From: Octopus vulgaris
Lineage: Eukaryota
Assembly: GCA_951406725.2 (NCBI GenBank)
Contig: OX597815.1
Coordinates: 162,068,001 to 162,132,000 of the forward strand
Reading direction: 5' to 3'
Length of the DNA stretch: 64,000 bases
Position numbers and translations under genes: made by a program. Below the pieces are notes generated by a model. That model was not told the DNA's origin and did no database searches. It saw only the letters and a list, made by a program, of their open reading frames with translations. This document shows positions 37,309 to 50,299 of the stretch, in pieces; positions within the stretch are counted from its first letter, which is position 1, and the number at the start of each line of letters is the position of its first letter.

Positions 37309-38434
37309 CGAACAGAAAGATATGTTTCTTTATTGGCCACACAGGGCTGCAAACAGATGGGACAAGTTACAAGGTAGAGCTTTTCTTTTGGGGGAGAAAA
37401 AAAAAAAAGGTGGCGTAGGTTTTCGATCAAAAGGGATCGTAAAAGGGAAAAACGAACAAAGAAAAAAGAAAAAAAGAAAAAAAAGAAAAAAGGGAAAAGG
37501 AACAAAAGAAAAGAAAAATGAAAAAAGAAGAAAAAAAGAGGAAAAAAGGGGAAGAGGAAAAAAACGATCAATAGGGATCGTGTATCACAGTGTCATGATG
37601 TATGGTGTAAAGGGAAAGCAAGTAAGGTTTATCCGTAGATAGATAGATGGATGGATGGATGAACGGACGGACGGACTGACGGATGGATGGATGGACGGAT
37701 GGACAGATCGATGGATGGACGGATGAATGGATGAATGGATAGACAGACAGACAGACAGACAGATAGATAGGGCCGTTGTGCATAATATTCCCTCCTCAAT
37801 TGAGGTGGGTAGTGTTATGAGGAGTGAGAGTTTGTGCCAGGTGACGAGAGGTTAGAGTATGGGTTTGAGGGAAAACAAGAGTAAGAATAGGCTGGAAAAA
37901 GTTATGAGCTTATTACCTCTGCTGGCAACAAAGAGATAGTCTCACTCTTATTGAAAAATTGCTTGTGAGAGACCCTATCCATGGAAAGATTTTGTCTTTC
38001 ATATGTTTAACATTACAAACATCAGGACAGTGAAACCATCTGTGGTGTGTGAAAGGATTAAAATAACTAGCTGTGAAGGCAGAAATAGCAAAATGCTGAG
38101 ATATTGAATAACTATAAATCTGTTATTGTAAATTCTGTCAAACTTTGCACTCTAAATATGATAAACTTTGAACTAATATTAGAGTAAGGTTAACTATAGT
38201 TTACAAAACAAAATATATGTGGTATTCACATGAGATTATTTGTAATATTATTTTATGGTTAGAACTATTTGACTTTAAAATTAGGTGGCATACTTTAAAA
38301 ATAAAAAAAATGACTGGTTAGTGATTATTAAATACTCTTCATTGGACTTATGATCTAATTTGTTTAATGAAGTATATGAAAAAAATATATATGTACACAC
38401 CAAGTCACACACACACATGAAGGGTAGAAACCTT

Positions 38435-39430
38435 TATTGTGTAAGCTTGCAAGTAATGAAGCTATTATGCTCCGCTGGATGTGAAATATCGGTGTGCATA
38501 CACAACAGAGTGTAAGCACCCTGAGAGAAATGTTGGACATAAGAAGCATCAGATATGGTGTGCAAGAGAGACGACTGTGCTGGTATGATCATGTGTTGTG
38601 TATGGATGAGGACAGCTGTAGAGAGAACCTGTGGAAGAGGTAGGCTCAGGAAGACCTGGGATGAGGTGGTGAAGCATGACCTTTGAATGTTGAGCCTCAC
38701 GGACGTGATGACAAGTGACCAAGACCTTTGGAGATATGGTGTGCTTGAAAAGACCCAGCAAGCCAAGTGAGACCGTAACAATGGCCTATGCCAGTGCATC
38801 ATAACTGGCCCATTTAAGAGTACCTTTCAATCATTGGGCAATAAACTGCACTTGCGAAGACCTGTTGAGTCAAGTGAAGTCATTGTCGTGGTCAATGACA
38901 GTACCTGTGCCAGTGGTATGAAAAACGCACCATTCGTGTGTGGTCAATTCCAGAGCTGCCTGACTAGTCCTGTGTCAGTGGCACATAAAAAGCACCATTC
39001 GTGTGTGGTCATTTCCAGTGCCACCTGACTGGCTCCCATGCTGGTAGCACGTAAAAAGCACCATTTGAACATGGTCGATGCCAGTGTCGGTTGACTGGTC
39101 CTGTGCCGGTGGCACATAAAAAGCACCATTCAAGCATGGTCATTGCCAGTGCCACCTGAATTGCTCCCATACCAGTGACACATAAAAAGCACCATTCAAG
39201 CATGGTCAATGCTAGTACTGCCTGACTGGCCCTCATGCCAGTGGCATGTAAAAAGCACCCACTACACACTCATAGTGATTGGTGTTAGGAAGGGCATCCA
39301 GCTGTAGAAACTTTGCCAGATCAGATTGGAGCCTGGTGCAGCATTCTGGCTTGCCAGCCCTCACTCAAACCATCCAACCCATGCCAGCATGGGAAGCAGA
39401 CGTTAAACGACAATGATAATGATGATGATG
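38435..39430 (+). mobile_element. Older RTE LINE 3' fragment with six 3' UTR repeat units
   Basis: Homologous to 14498-14860 and its 3' UTR; (GAT)n tail at about 39410-39430. Confidence 0.88.
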
Positions 39431-39960
39431 TATATACAAGAAAGCAGATGAGGGTCAAACCTATATAAGGACAGGCTCTGCTAACTTTGGATGTACAAAT
39501 CACACTGTAGGTCAGTAATGGACAATTTGCAGCCCACAGGACTTTCCAAATTCCAAATGGCACACCTAACAAAACAATTTCCTTGAATTACTTTTTTTTA
39601 GTAGTGTGGCCCACTTGATGATGACCCATGCATCCCATTTCTTAAAGAGACTTTCTTATGCTTGCTGTAGGCTCTGGTGGAAACCCTATGGTAGCTTCAA
39701 AAGTTTAAGGATCAAGGAAAAATGGTGCCAATGCTCTTTGGAAAATTGTAAATTGACAATTATGCATTTTCTCTAAAACAAAGGGTTTTTGAACAGTAAA
39801 GCCAATTATATATATTTCTTAAAAAAACAGAGATAAACTGTTAAAAATTATAGCGAAAGGCAAAAAATTTCTTTATTTTACATGAATGTAGAACTAAAAT
39901 TCAAAAACCGGTAAAGGCCATCAGGGAATAGTTGAAAAGTTGAATGAAAACATGCACATT

Positions 39961-40350
39961 CTTCTCTACTCAAGGCACAAGGCCCAAAATTTTGGGGGAG
40001 GGGGCCAGTCGATATTTTGACCCCAGTACGCAACTGGTACTTAATTTATTGACCCTAAATGGATGAAAGGCAAAGTCGACCTCGGTGGAATTTGAATTCA
40101 GAACGTAGCGGCAGACAAAATACCTATTTCTTTACTACCCACAAGGTGCTAAACACAGAGAGGACAAACAAGGACAGACAAACGGATTAAGTCGATTATA
40201 TTAACCCCAGTGCGTAACTGGTACTTATTTAATCGATCCTGAAAGGATGAAAAGCAAAGTCAACCTCGGCGGAATTTGAACTCAGAATGTAGCGGCAGAT
40301 GAAATTCCGCTGAGCATTTCGCCCGGCATGCTAACATTTCTGCCAACTAT
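39961..40350 (-). mobile_element. Family C SINE dimer
   Basis: Two consecutive gatgaaa(g)gcaaagtc.acctcgg.ggaatttgaa.tcagaa units. Confidence 0.85.
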
Positions 40351-40758
40351 CCACTGTGAACTAAATGGATGACCCAATTATATATCATATCTAAAATTTC
40401 AACAGCAACAATTTTCTTTTTTTTAATTAAAAAAAAAAGCAAGTGAAAATAACAGGCAGATGAATATAAATACAGAAAATGAAAATACCATGAAGAAAAT
40501 GATACCCAATTAAAAATAAACTGGCCAAAGTTCAGTATTTTGCAGATAGATTATTCTCAACATAAATTATATATTGCTCATATAAAGAAAGCAAGATAAA
40601 ACAGATAGAAAAAAAAAGTACATACGTACACAGTTAAATTACTTTTTACTGAAGATAGGAATATTAGCTTGCTTTTGCTCTGGATAAAATTACATAATAG
40701 AGGGTAGAACAAAGCCAATGTTTTATAATGTCTTTTGTAATTAATGTTGCCTACTTAC

Positions 40759-40903
40759 CAAATTTACTTTGATGTGCCTTGCCTCAAGCTCTCTCAACTC
40801 CTGATGGGTCCTAAGGATTCTATCATAGCATATCTTAGGTATCTTATTCTGGCAGAGCCCATCTCTTTCCAGATGTAACCACCACTGACACCACAAACGT
40901 CAT
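40759..40903 (-). other. Candidate exon (unknown product)
   Basis: Acceptor ctaattcttctctttcattctctctag| and donor TTG|gtaagt; similar to 50142-50284. Confidence 0.45.
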
Positions 40904-40952
40904 CTAGAGAGAATGAAAGAGAAGAATTAGAAAAGAACTAACCCCCAATATA

Positions 40953-40985
<33 letters not shown>

Positions 40986-41582
40986 TGTCATCGTCGTCGT
41001 TGTCGTCATTATTTCTATGTCTGCTTTTCCATGCTCACATACACAGTCAGACAAAATTTTGATGAGTCAGATTTTCTATAGCTGTATGCCCTACCTGTTG
41101 CCAACCCTCACATGTTTCCAGATAAGGTGATATTTTCCTCTGACCAAACATCATGAGACGTCAAGACGGAATCAGTAACACACATGCACACACACACACA
41201 CACACACACACAGATATACAATGAGCTTCTTTCAGTTTCCATCCACAAAAAACCCACTCACAAGGCTTTGGTCAGCCCAAGGCTATTAGTAGTAGACACT
41301 TTCCCAAAGTGCCATACTGTGGGACTGAACCCAAAACCATGTGGCTGGGAATCAAGTTTCTTATCGCACAGTCACACCTGTGCCTCAACAATACATGGGA
41401 CTTGTAATCTGAGTACAAAGAGCCAGAATGATTGTCACAAAAACATTCTATCCAACATTCTAACAACTGTAAATTTGGCAGCCAAATGACTAATTCTTTC
41501 ATTACCTCTTTTCTGTTGGAAAACATTGCTTTTGTTTCAGTTAATTTTGAAAATAAAAAAGAACGTAGTAAAACTACTGTCA

Positions 41583-42330
41583 TTATTAAACTGATGATTA
41601 AGATGATGAGCTGGCAGAATTGTTAGCATACCGGGTGAAATACTTCGAGGTATTTTGTCTACCACTATGTTCTGAGTTCAAATTCTGCCGAGGTCAATTT
41701 TGCCTTTCATCCTTTCGGGGTTGATTAAATAAGTACCAGTTACACACTGGGGTCGATATAATCGACTTAATCCATTTGTCTGTCCTTGTTTGTCCTCTCT
41801 GTGTTTAGCCCCTTGTGGATAGTAAAGAAATAGGTATTTTGTCTAACACTATGTTCTGAGTTCAAATTCTGTCGAGGACGACTTTGCCTTTCATCCTTTT
41901 AGGGTCAATGAAATAAGTACCAGTGAAACACTGGGGTTGAGGTAATTGATTAGTCCCCTCCCCACAAATTTCAGGCCATGTACCTTTGGTAGAAAGGATT
42001 ATTAAACTGATGATTACAAGGTGGTGAGCTGGCAGAATCATTAGCACACTGGACAAAATGCTTAGCCTACCATTATATTCTGAGTTCAAATTCCACTGAG
42101 GAATTTGCCTTTCATGCTTTTGGGGTTGATGAATTAAGTACCAGTGAAACACTACTCAATGTAATTGACTAGTCCCCTTCCCTCAAAATTTCAGGCCTTG
42201 AGCCTTTAATAGAAAGGACTATTAAACTAAGCATTAAGGTGGTGAGTTGGCACAATAGTTGGCATGCTGGGGAAAATGCTTAGCCACAATTCATCCGGCT
42301 TTCAATTCAAAGTTCAAATTCTGCCATGGT
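41583..42330 (+). mobile_element. Tandem array of family C SINE units
   Basis: About four head-to-tail units; three are preceded by attaaactgatgatta-like sequence. Confidence 0.8.
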
Positions 42331-42401
42331 TAACATTTTCCTCCAGACCAAACCAATAAACAGAAAAAATTCCTCCTGACAACTATGAAGTGAAACTTAC
42401 T

Positions 42402-42878
42402 CAGTGAAATTCTGCTTTACATATGGCATATATAAATTTTCATTTTTTGAAATTTTTAGAAAATTTTTATGAATTTGTATTCTAAACACAGGAATTCATA
42501 CAACTATGCAAAAAAAAATTTTTTTTTATTTTTATTGTTTTACTTAATTTTTTTTTAAAACACAGTTTGAAATACAGACAGTCTAAATTTTTAACTTAAA
42601 TCCCACATATAGACCATTAAATGAAATTATGGGGAGAGAGAGATTGAAAAGCATTAATATGCAAGAGTAACAAACAAACAAGGAAGGTATGAAGTGGTTG
42701 TGAGCCATGCTAAAAATAACAGCTAAATACTCCTTAAATCACACAATTTTTTTTATTATTATTTTTGCATAGTCATATGATTTCCTGCATGTAGAACACA
42801 AATTCACAAAAAATTTCTAAAAATTCCGTAAAAAAGTTATGTGGGGTTATATGCCATGCATAAAGCAGAGTTCTGCTA
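42402..42878. mobile_element. MITE with ~115 bp imperfect TIRs (superfamily unclear)
   Basis: ttctgctttacatatggcatat..caactatgcaaaa pairs with ttttgcatagtc..tatgccatgcataaagcagag. Confidence 0.75.
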
Positions 42879-42904
42879 ACTACTTTACTCCTTTCTCTTT
42901 TTCT

Positions 42905-43203
42905 TCGCCCTTTTCAAGCCTAGCCAGGTTCATGGGCCCGGTTTCCTGGTTTCTGTAGCGTATGTGTTCCCCTCAGCTGGACGGGACGCCAGTCCATCGC
43001 AGCGTTACTCAAGAAACAGGAAGAGAGAGAGACAGTTGTGGCGAAAGAGTACAACAGGGGTTGCCACCACCCACTACCGGAGCTTCATGAAGCTTTTAGG
43101 TATTTTCACTCAATAAACACACACAACGCCCTGTCTGGATATCGAAACCGCGATCCTCCAACCACGAGTCCGCTGCCCTAACCACTGGGCCATTGCGCCT
43201 CCA
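42905..43203 (-). mobile_element. tRNA-derived SINE (family B)
   Basis: Reverse complement of 10976-11270. Confidence 0.88.
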
Positions 43204-44164
43204 TCTTTACTCCTTTACTATTCAGATTATTCTGTCAAATGTAATATTTACTTATTCACATTCTTTTAGCTAAGTCATGCATTATCTTGCAGCTTTGATA
43301 TTTCAATGATGTAATTATTTTTAAAATGACAGTGTAGGACATGTATGAGAGGCCAAATCTAGCCAGTTTGAACTTATACAGGTTGGATATTTGGGCTGGA
43401 TATGGCTTGTTTAAATGTCAATGGTTCAATTCACTTCATAGATTCTCTATAAAAAGTTAGGTGCAGGCATGGATAAGCAAATAGCTGGAATTGTGGCTGT
43501 GTGGTTAGAAGGTTACTTTCCAAGCACATACTTACTTTCAGGTTCAGCCTTAATGTGTGGTATCTTGAGCAAGTCTTCTGGCATTCCATCGATTACATTG
43601 ATGAGGGTTCCAGTTGATCTGATCAATATAACAGCCTGCTCGTGAAATTAATGTGCAAGTGGCTGAGCACTCCACAGACACAAACTCTTAAAGTAATTCC
43701 CAGGGAGACTCAGTGTAACACTGAGTGATATAAAGCTGACCTTTGTAATATAGGTACTACTCATTTTTGCCAGCTGAGTGAACTGGAGCAAAGTGAAATA
43801 AAGTGTCTTGCTCAAGGATACAATACACTGCCAAGAATTGAACTCATGACCATACAATTGTGAGCTGAATGCTCTAACCACTAAGCCATTTGCTTTCACA
43901 GGTGTCTTCAATTATAGCCTCAAACCAACCAAAACCTAGTGAGTGAATTTGGTAGATGGAAAACATAAGAAGCCTGTTGTATATTCATGTATATGTCTAT
44001 GTGTGTGTTTATGTGTTTGTTCCCACCACTGCTTGGCAACTGATGCTCATTTGTTTACATCCCTGTAACTTAGCAGTTTGGCAAAAAGAGAACAATAGAT
44101 TAAGTACCAGGTTTAAAACAAATGAAAGAGTACTGGAGCTGATTCATTCAACTAATATGTATAC

Positions 44165-44535
44165 ACCATCGAACATGCACACTGACATTGCACATTCAGC
44201 AAAGCATACTGGCTTCATTTCTTTCAAGCCTGTGCATGTTCTTAGCTATCACAGCCCATGTTTCACTGCCATGTAGCACAGCTGTTCGCACACAAGCATC
44301 ATACAATCTGCCTTCCACGCTGAGGGACAGGCCCTTCCTTTGTTGCCAGCAGAGGTAGGAACTCACTGAACTTTGCCCAGCCTACTCTTATTCTGACAGC
44401 TACACTCTCAGAGCATCCACCTCCGCTACTACTTTGGTCACCTAGATTACGGAAGCTATCTACTACCTCTAGCTTGCCCACTTGACAGTTGATGGAGTCT
44501 ATTTTCTGCTCACTTTTCAGTGTTTATTGTACCTC
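44165..44535 (-). mobile_element. RTE RT C-terminal fragment
   Basis: KLEVVDSFRNLGDQSSSGGGCSESVAVRIRVGWAKFSEFLPLLATK, homologous to 14950-15090. Confidence 0.85.
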
Positions 44536-44552
44536 ATATGCATAAATATACA

Positions 44553-44774
44553 CAGTAATCCCTCACCATATCACGGTTCACCAATCCTGGTTTATTATTT
44601 AAGCTTGCGTCAATTCCTCTGTGGTGTTGTTTTGCATTTATAATAAAATAAATATATACAAATTATGAACATAATAAAAAAAAATATACAGTAGAGTACT
44701 GTCTCTATTCACAGATTTTCACTAATCATGGGAGGTTTTGGAACATAACACCTGTGATAGTCATGGGATTACTG
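44553..44774. mobile_element. pogo/Tigger-type MITE
   Basis: TIRs cagtaatccc / gggattactg, with TA on the right and CA on the left. Confidence 0.7.
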
Positions 44775-44844
<70 letters not shown>

Positions 44845-44848
<4 letters not shown>

Positions 44849-45312
44849 TACCTACGTATGCATACCTTCCCTTCTTGGGACACAAAACTCTACTTGTGAA
44901 GACGTGTTGAGGCAAGTGAGGATCAGAATCGAAATCGATCAATGGAAATTGCAGATGTGTTACCAGTGCCGGTGGCATGTAAGAGAACTTTCCGTTTCGC
45001 AACCGTTGCCAGCACCGCCCTTTCGTGTCCATTGCCAGCCTCGCCTGGCCCTCATGCCGGTGGCACATAAAAAGCACCATCCGTTCGTGGCCGTTTGCCA
45101 GCTCTGTCTGGCACCAGTGCGGGTGGCACGTAAAAAGCACCCACTACACTCACGGAGTGGTTGGCGTTAGGAAGGGCATCCAGCCGTAGAAACACTGCCA
45201 GATTTGACTGGGCCTGATGAAGCCTTCTGGCTTCACAGACCCCAGTAGAACCGTCCAACCCATGCTAGCATGGAAAACGGACGCTAAATGATGATGATGA
45301 TGATGATGATGA
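44845..45312 (+). mobile_element. RTE 3' UTR copy inserted in (TA)n
   Basis: Near-identical reverse complement of 13963-14460; (GAT)n tail. Confidence 0.92.
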
Positions 45313-45393
45313 TATATATGTATATATATGTATGTATATGTATGTATATATACATATGTATACATATATATACATATATATACATATATATAC

Positions 45394-45466
<73 letters not shown>

Positions 45467-45664
45467 GGATGAACACTCACTTCGAAGGTGACATACGAGT
45501 GTTCAGCTTTTGCCAAACAACTGCACAAATTATTTGTTTATAGTGATCAAATATTTGTGGTGTACATTACCTCACTCCACCCATCAAACTGACATTGCCT
45601 GAACAGGTGCACAGGGTACCACATGTCAGGTGTTGAAATAATCACTGAGGAACACAAGCTAAAG

Positions 45665-45813
45665 TGCACATTTTTGATGCAGGTAACATCAAACCGAATT
45701 TCACAGTCTTTCCCTTCTACCAATGCAAAGACGCAATCTCTCCACTAGAACGTTTAAATAAAGAAATGTTTTTCATTGAAAAATACAGAACACGTCTTAA
45801 TATGCATGCATAA
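45665..45813 (+). mobile_element. Penelope GIY-YIG C-terminal fragment
   Basis: KPNFTVFPFYQCKD..ERLNKEMFFIEKYRTRLN* parallels IFPFYKL..ERKIREKNFIDKFEPKLN at 32421. Confidence 0.65.
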
Positions 45814-45987
45814 CCAACTTTTTTCTTTGCACATATTTCAATTCACGATTACATTACTACATAAATCCCCTCACTAAACAAGGTTTTCAAAACATGTCTT
45901 TATACGTATATATTCCCCTCCCATTACCGAAAGCTGAACATTACAACTCACCACGTGGGGATAATCGAAATTCCTCTTTTCTGTTGC

Positions 45988-46093
<106 letters not shown>

Positions 46094-47368
46094 GTAGATG
46101 TATATACATATATACACACATACACACACATACATACACAGACACATACAGGCATACACACACACCCTTACTTTTATTCATATAATTTGCCACAAGGGCA
46201 TTGCACAGATGTAGCTATGGGCTGAACATTACATTAATGCGATGAAATGATAAACGAAATTATGAATATTAATGAGAGGAGCAAAAGACGCCCACCGACC
46301 TTTTGCTTCTCTAAAACATTGTTCTTCAGAAAACAAAACGAGGTATTAAACCTCTTACCTCGGTTCTTACAATTACTGGACTTAATAGTCCATTACAAAT
46401 TGAGGCGCTGAGCCTCTTACAAGCAATAACATACAATAAACATTTAGGCACTAAAGCCTCTTTATCCTTCCTCCCCACCAGGCTGTATGCCTCCCGTAGG
46501 CAATGCTCCAGCTCCAGGCCGGGGCCTACTTACTTACCCACACACATACATACATACAGACAGATAGATTGATGTTCAATTTATCCTCTTCTAAAGCAGG
46601 TATAAAAGTATTTACTCCAAATTCTACAGACTTTGTTCTAAATAACATCCAGTCAATGTTAGCTACCACTTAGACTTAAACTTAAGGCTGTCGTGAGCCT
46701 CAGGGCTTATAAGGCCAAAGCTTGACCCAGTTTCCACAGTGTGGTTGAGATTGCCTTTCCCTGCTCCTGAATAGGATGCCAGTCCATCACAAGGTTAGCT
46801 TTCCAACTATTGCTGGAGATTGTTTACAGTTGAGTGGACTGGGGCAACATGAAATGAAGTGCTTTGCTCAAGAACACAGGGCACCACTCAGTCTGAGAAC
46901 TGAAACCATGACCTTATGATCACGAAGACAACATCTTAACAGCTAGACCAAGCACCTTCACAAGTATTCTAAAATTCAAGTATTTATTACCATATAAGGT
47001 ATTTTCTTCTCGTGTTTATATAGTTTCCATAAGATGACAGAATCCTTTAAAGCATATGAAAAGGCTTTTTTTTTTAAATAGTAATAAGCAGGAGGAGGTG
47101 GAGGATGAAGTGGAGGGGGCGATGCTGCCAAAGTTGTTTACTATGACAATGTGGACAAAGATGACAACAATAATGACAATGATAATGATGATGATGATGA
47201 TGATGATGATGTTTTCTTTTTATTCTTCCCTCCCACATTGCAGCAGGTTTTGAAATGGTTAGCAGATTCCAGTGAAATACCATCAAACTAAACTCGTAAG
47301 TTTAAGTGTAAAAAAATAAATAAATACACATACATACATATATGTGTATGCGTGTGTGTGTGTATGTA

Positions 47369-47404
<36 letters not shown>

Positions 47405-47407
47405 AAT

Positions 47408-47438
<31 letters not shown>

Positions 47439-47797
47439 TACACACACATGTGTATGTGTGTACATGTATATATGTATGTGTATGAGTGTGTGTGTATGTA
47501 TGTGTGTGTATGTGTATGTATGTATGTATGTATGTACGTATGTATACAAACAAGTACAACATATTGCATATGAAATATAAACACACACAGCTGTAAACTG
47601 TCATGGGCAAAAATTTTTTAAAGTTGACACTAATTTTGTGTTGAAGCTAGCATTTATGAAGACAATATTTATAAAATATAGAAAAATTCTACATATGTCA
47701 AAGGAACTCAGTAAAACATGACATGTTCATGCTACATCAAAAATTTTACAAAAAGCAAACAAAAGCAGATTATATATATATATGTAATTGATGAAAC

Positions 47798-48152
47798 AAG
47801 AAGATGGAATACACAAGCTTTAATTATAAATCTCAACAATTGTTTCCGGATTTACTATATCTAACTATGACTGCATAAATAAATATGATCCAGTAACATT
47901 TGTATATTGGCACATCATCAGGTGCTGGTGATCAGGTATTAGGAAAGGGAACATGGCTTTATACCAGCAGCTGCACCTACCTGATGACATACCAGTACAG
48001 AGCTGTTGTTGGATCATATTTATTTATGTAATTATTTATAAAGTAATCTATTTAATAGCATGATATGGAAAACTCTACAACTAACAGTCATTACCACTGC
48101 ACAGAAACAATTGGTGCAATTTGTAAGTAAAGCCTGTTCGTTCCATCTTCTT
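47798..48152. mobile_element. Foldback element with CTGATGA...GAAA cores
   Basis: aagaagatggaa..caattgtttc pairs with gaaacaattg..ttccatcttctt; cataaataaatatgatcca / tggatcatatttatttatg; tcatcagg / cctgatga. Confidence 0.7.
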
Positions 48153-48345
48153 TTATATGAATTCTGTATGCACTAACAGAGTTCCACATGTATATCCAAT
48201 GAAAGGTGTAATCATGTTGTATGAGGGCAAACGATAACCAGTTAATTTATAGGAGCTTTGAAATGCATGTTATGAATGTATTACCCAGATGATATTAAAT
48301 ATATATGTGTGTGCATGTATGTGTGTGCATGCATGTGTATGTGTA

Positions 48346-48391
<46 letters not shown>

Positions 48392-48614
48392 AATAAAATG
48401 AATGGTTTACATCTGATAGCTTACTGGTAAAGCACAGTTGTGTCTATTTATCACCCAATGTGTTACATCTGCACCACTGGATGCTCCTGAACCAGTTGTT
48501 GAGTGTCCCACCCAATGAGAGATCAATGCTTGATGTGTCAAAACAATTGTCATGATTAATAAATTCTCCTATATTCCATCTTCTATCTTTCATTTGCTCG
48601 TATATATATATATA

Positions 48615-49100
48615 GGGGGAGAGTTCACGAAAAAACAAAAGACGAAGACAAGTGGTGTAGAAAACAAACAGATGTATTAGTATAATGCTCAGGAATTGAA
48701 AAAGTCTTTTACGTTTCAAGCCTACGCTCTTCTACAGAAAGGGACACAGAAAAAAACAAAGAGAGAAACAAGGAGAGAAAAAATGTGTGTAGTGGATACC
48801 AATCTATCATGGCGACTGCCGGACAGAAGGGTCACACAGGAGAGCGAAGAAGTAGGGGAGATAACAAAGTAAAGATGACCCCCCCACACACACACAACGA
48901 AGGCACGTGTGTGTATAAGAGAGTACTATGTGCGTGTGAAAGAGGGCTGGTGGTCTTGACGTGTGTGTATGTGTAGGTGTCAAAATGTGGGGATGGGAAT
49001 TGGTCGGTGCTGGTATGTGGGTGCTTTGTTGTAATATGATGTGTAGTGTTGTATGGTGTAGTGTGGTGTGGTGTGATGTTGTTGGGAGGTGGAGGAGGCC
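48615..49100 (-). mobile_element. Penelope-type terminal repeat with a hammerhead-like motif (48706-48741)
   Basis: cttt ctgtaga a gagc gtag gctt gaaa cgt a aaag; the end matches 60480-60617 and abuts (TA)n. Confidence 0.65.
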
Positions 49101-49440
49101 ATTTTATATGTTAAAGGGTTTAAGATTGAGGTTTCAATACCTGGACTGGGCGACGCGTTGTGTTCTTGAGCAAAATACTTCATTTCACGTTGCTCCAGTT
49201 CACTCAGCTGATAAAAATGCATAACGCTGTGATGGACTGTTGTCCCGTCAAGCTGGGGAACACATTCGCCATAGAAACCGGGAAACCAGGCCCATGAGCC
49301 TTGCTAGGCTTTAAAAAGGGCGCATTTATTATTCTATAGAGACTGTAGGTGCTCTGGTTATGTGTGTTGCAATAAGCAGATAAACCTATGACTTCTCTGA
49401 GAAACCCTCTTCTACTCATTGATAGGTTTTTATGTTTAAA

Positions 49441-49660
49441 CCCTTTAACATTTAAAACGGCCATATCCAATCTAAACATTCTACTTGTTTTATATTTAAA
49501 CCAACCAGATCCAGCCTCTCACACCCACCCTACAATGTCATTTTGAAAATAAACAATCACATCATGGAAATCTTGAAGCTATGACATATTGCATGATTAA
49601 TTCAAAAGCAAAGCGAATAATAAGCATTACATTTGACAGAATAATCCAAATGCTAAATGG
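49441..49660 (+). mobile_element. piggyBac-type MITE
   Basis: taaa-ccctttaacattt ... aaatgctaaatgg-TTAA; further copies at about 50850-51075, 17914, 8960 and 43215-43430. Confidence 0.8.
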
Positions 49661-50141
49661 TTAAGCCTGCTCAATTAAATATACGTTTCTTTACATTTTC
49701 TTTGCCCAGTAAATTGCATAGAGGGATAGAGCAGTTTAGATACTGACCACCCAGCTTTGACACAAAGAGAGCTGCATCATACCAGTAGAGGGCTAAAACC
49801 TAACCATAATGTCTTGATTCTACCACACAATGTAATAATTGCAGTTTCAACATATTATATCTGATCAAATTCCTGAACAAGCAATTTCATCTCTGACAGT
49901 AATGGCTCATGTTGTTACATAATCCATGTCAAATGATGGAGTTGACCTAAGCACTATAAGGTAATAAAATACTTATTCATTGTAAAGGCAAACTGCTCTC
50001 ACTCTAAATATTTCATGGCACTTATAATTCTTTTTGTTTTTTTTTTTTAGCTTAGTCAGAATTGGAGAGGAGGGGGGTTTGTATGACCTATTTTCCAGAG
50101 TTTCTAAGACTTGTTGGAAGGACTAAGAGGAAAATACTCAC

Positions 50142-50284
50142 AACTCTATATTCTTCCCTTCTTTTCTTGAGCTCGCAACATCTGATGGACTTGTAAGGGC
50201 ACCAGTGTGACGTATGACATGATGTGAACAGTCTAAGTTTGGCAAAGCCTATTTCTCTCCAAATGTGAACATAGCCAATTGTTT
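50142..50284 (-). other. Candidate exon (unknown product)
   Basis: Very long pyrimidine tract ending attctttccag|, donor GTT|gtgagt; 143 nt, open in one frame (TIGYVHIWREIGFAKLRLF..EEYRV). Confidence 0.45.
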
Positions 50285-50299
50285 CTGGAAAGAATGACC

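Noticed and set aside
38900-39265. Repeat-spacer-like array resembling CRISPR
   Set aside because: The spacers are homologous to each other, the array lies in a LINE 3' UTR, and the context is eukaryotic with no cas genes.
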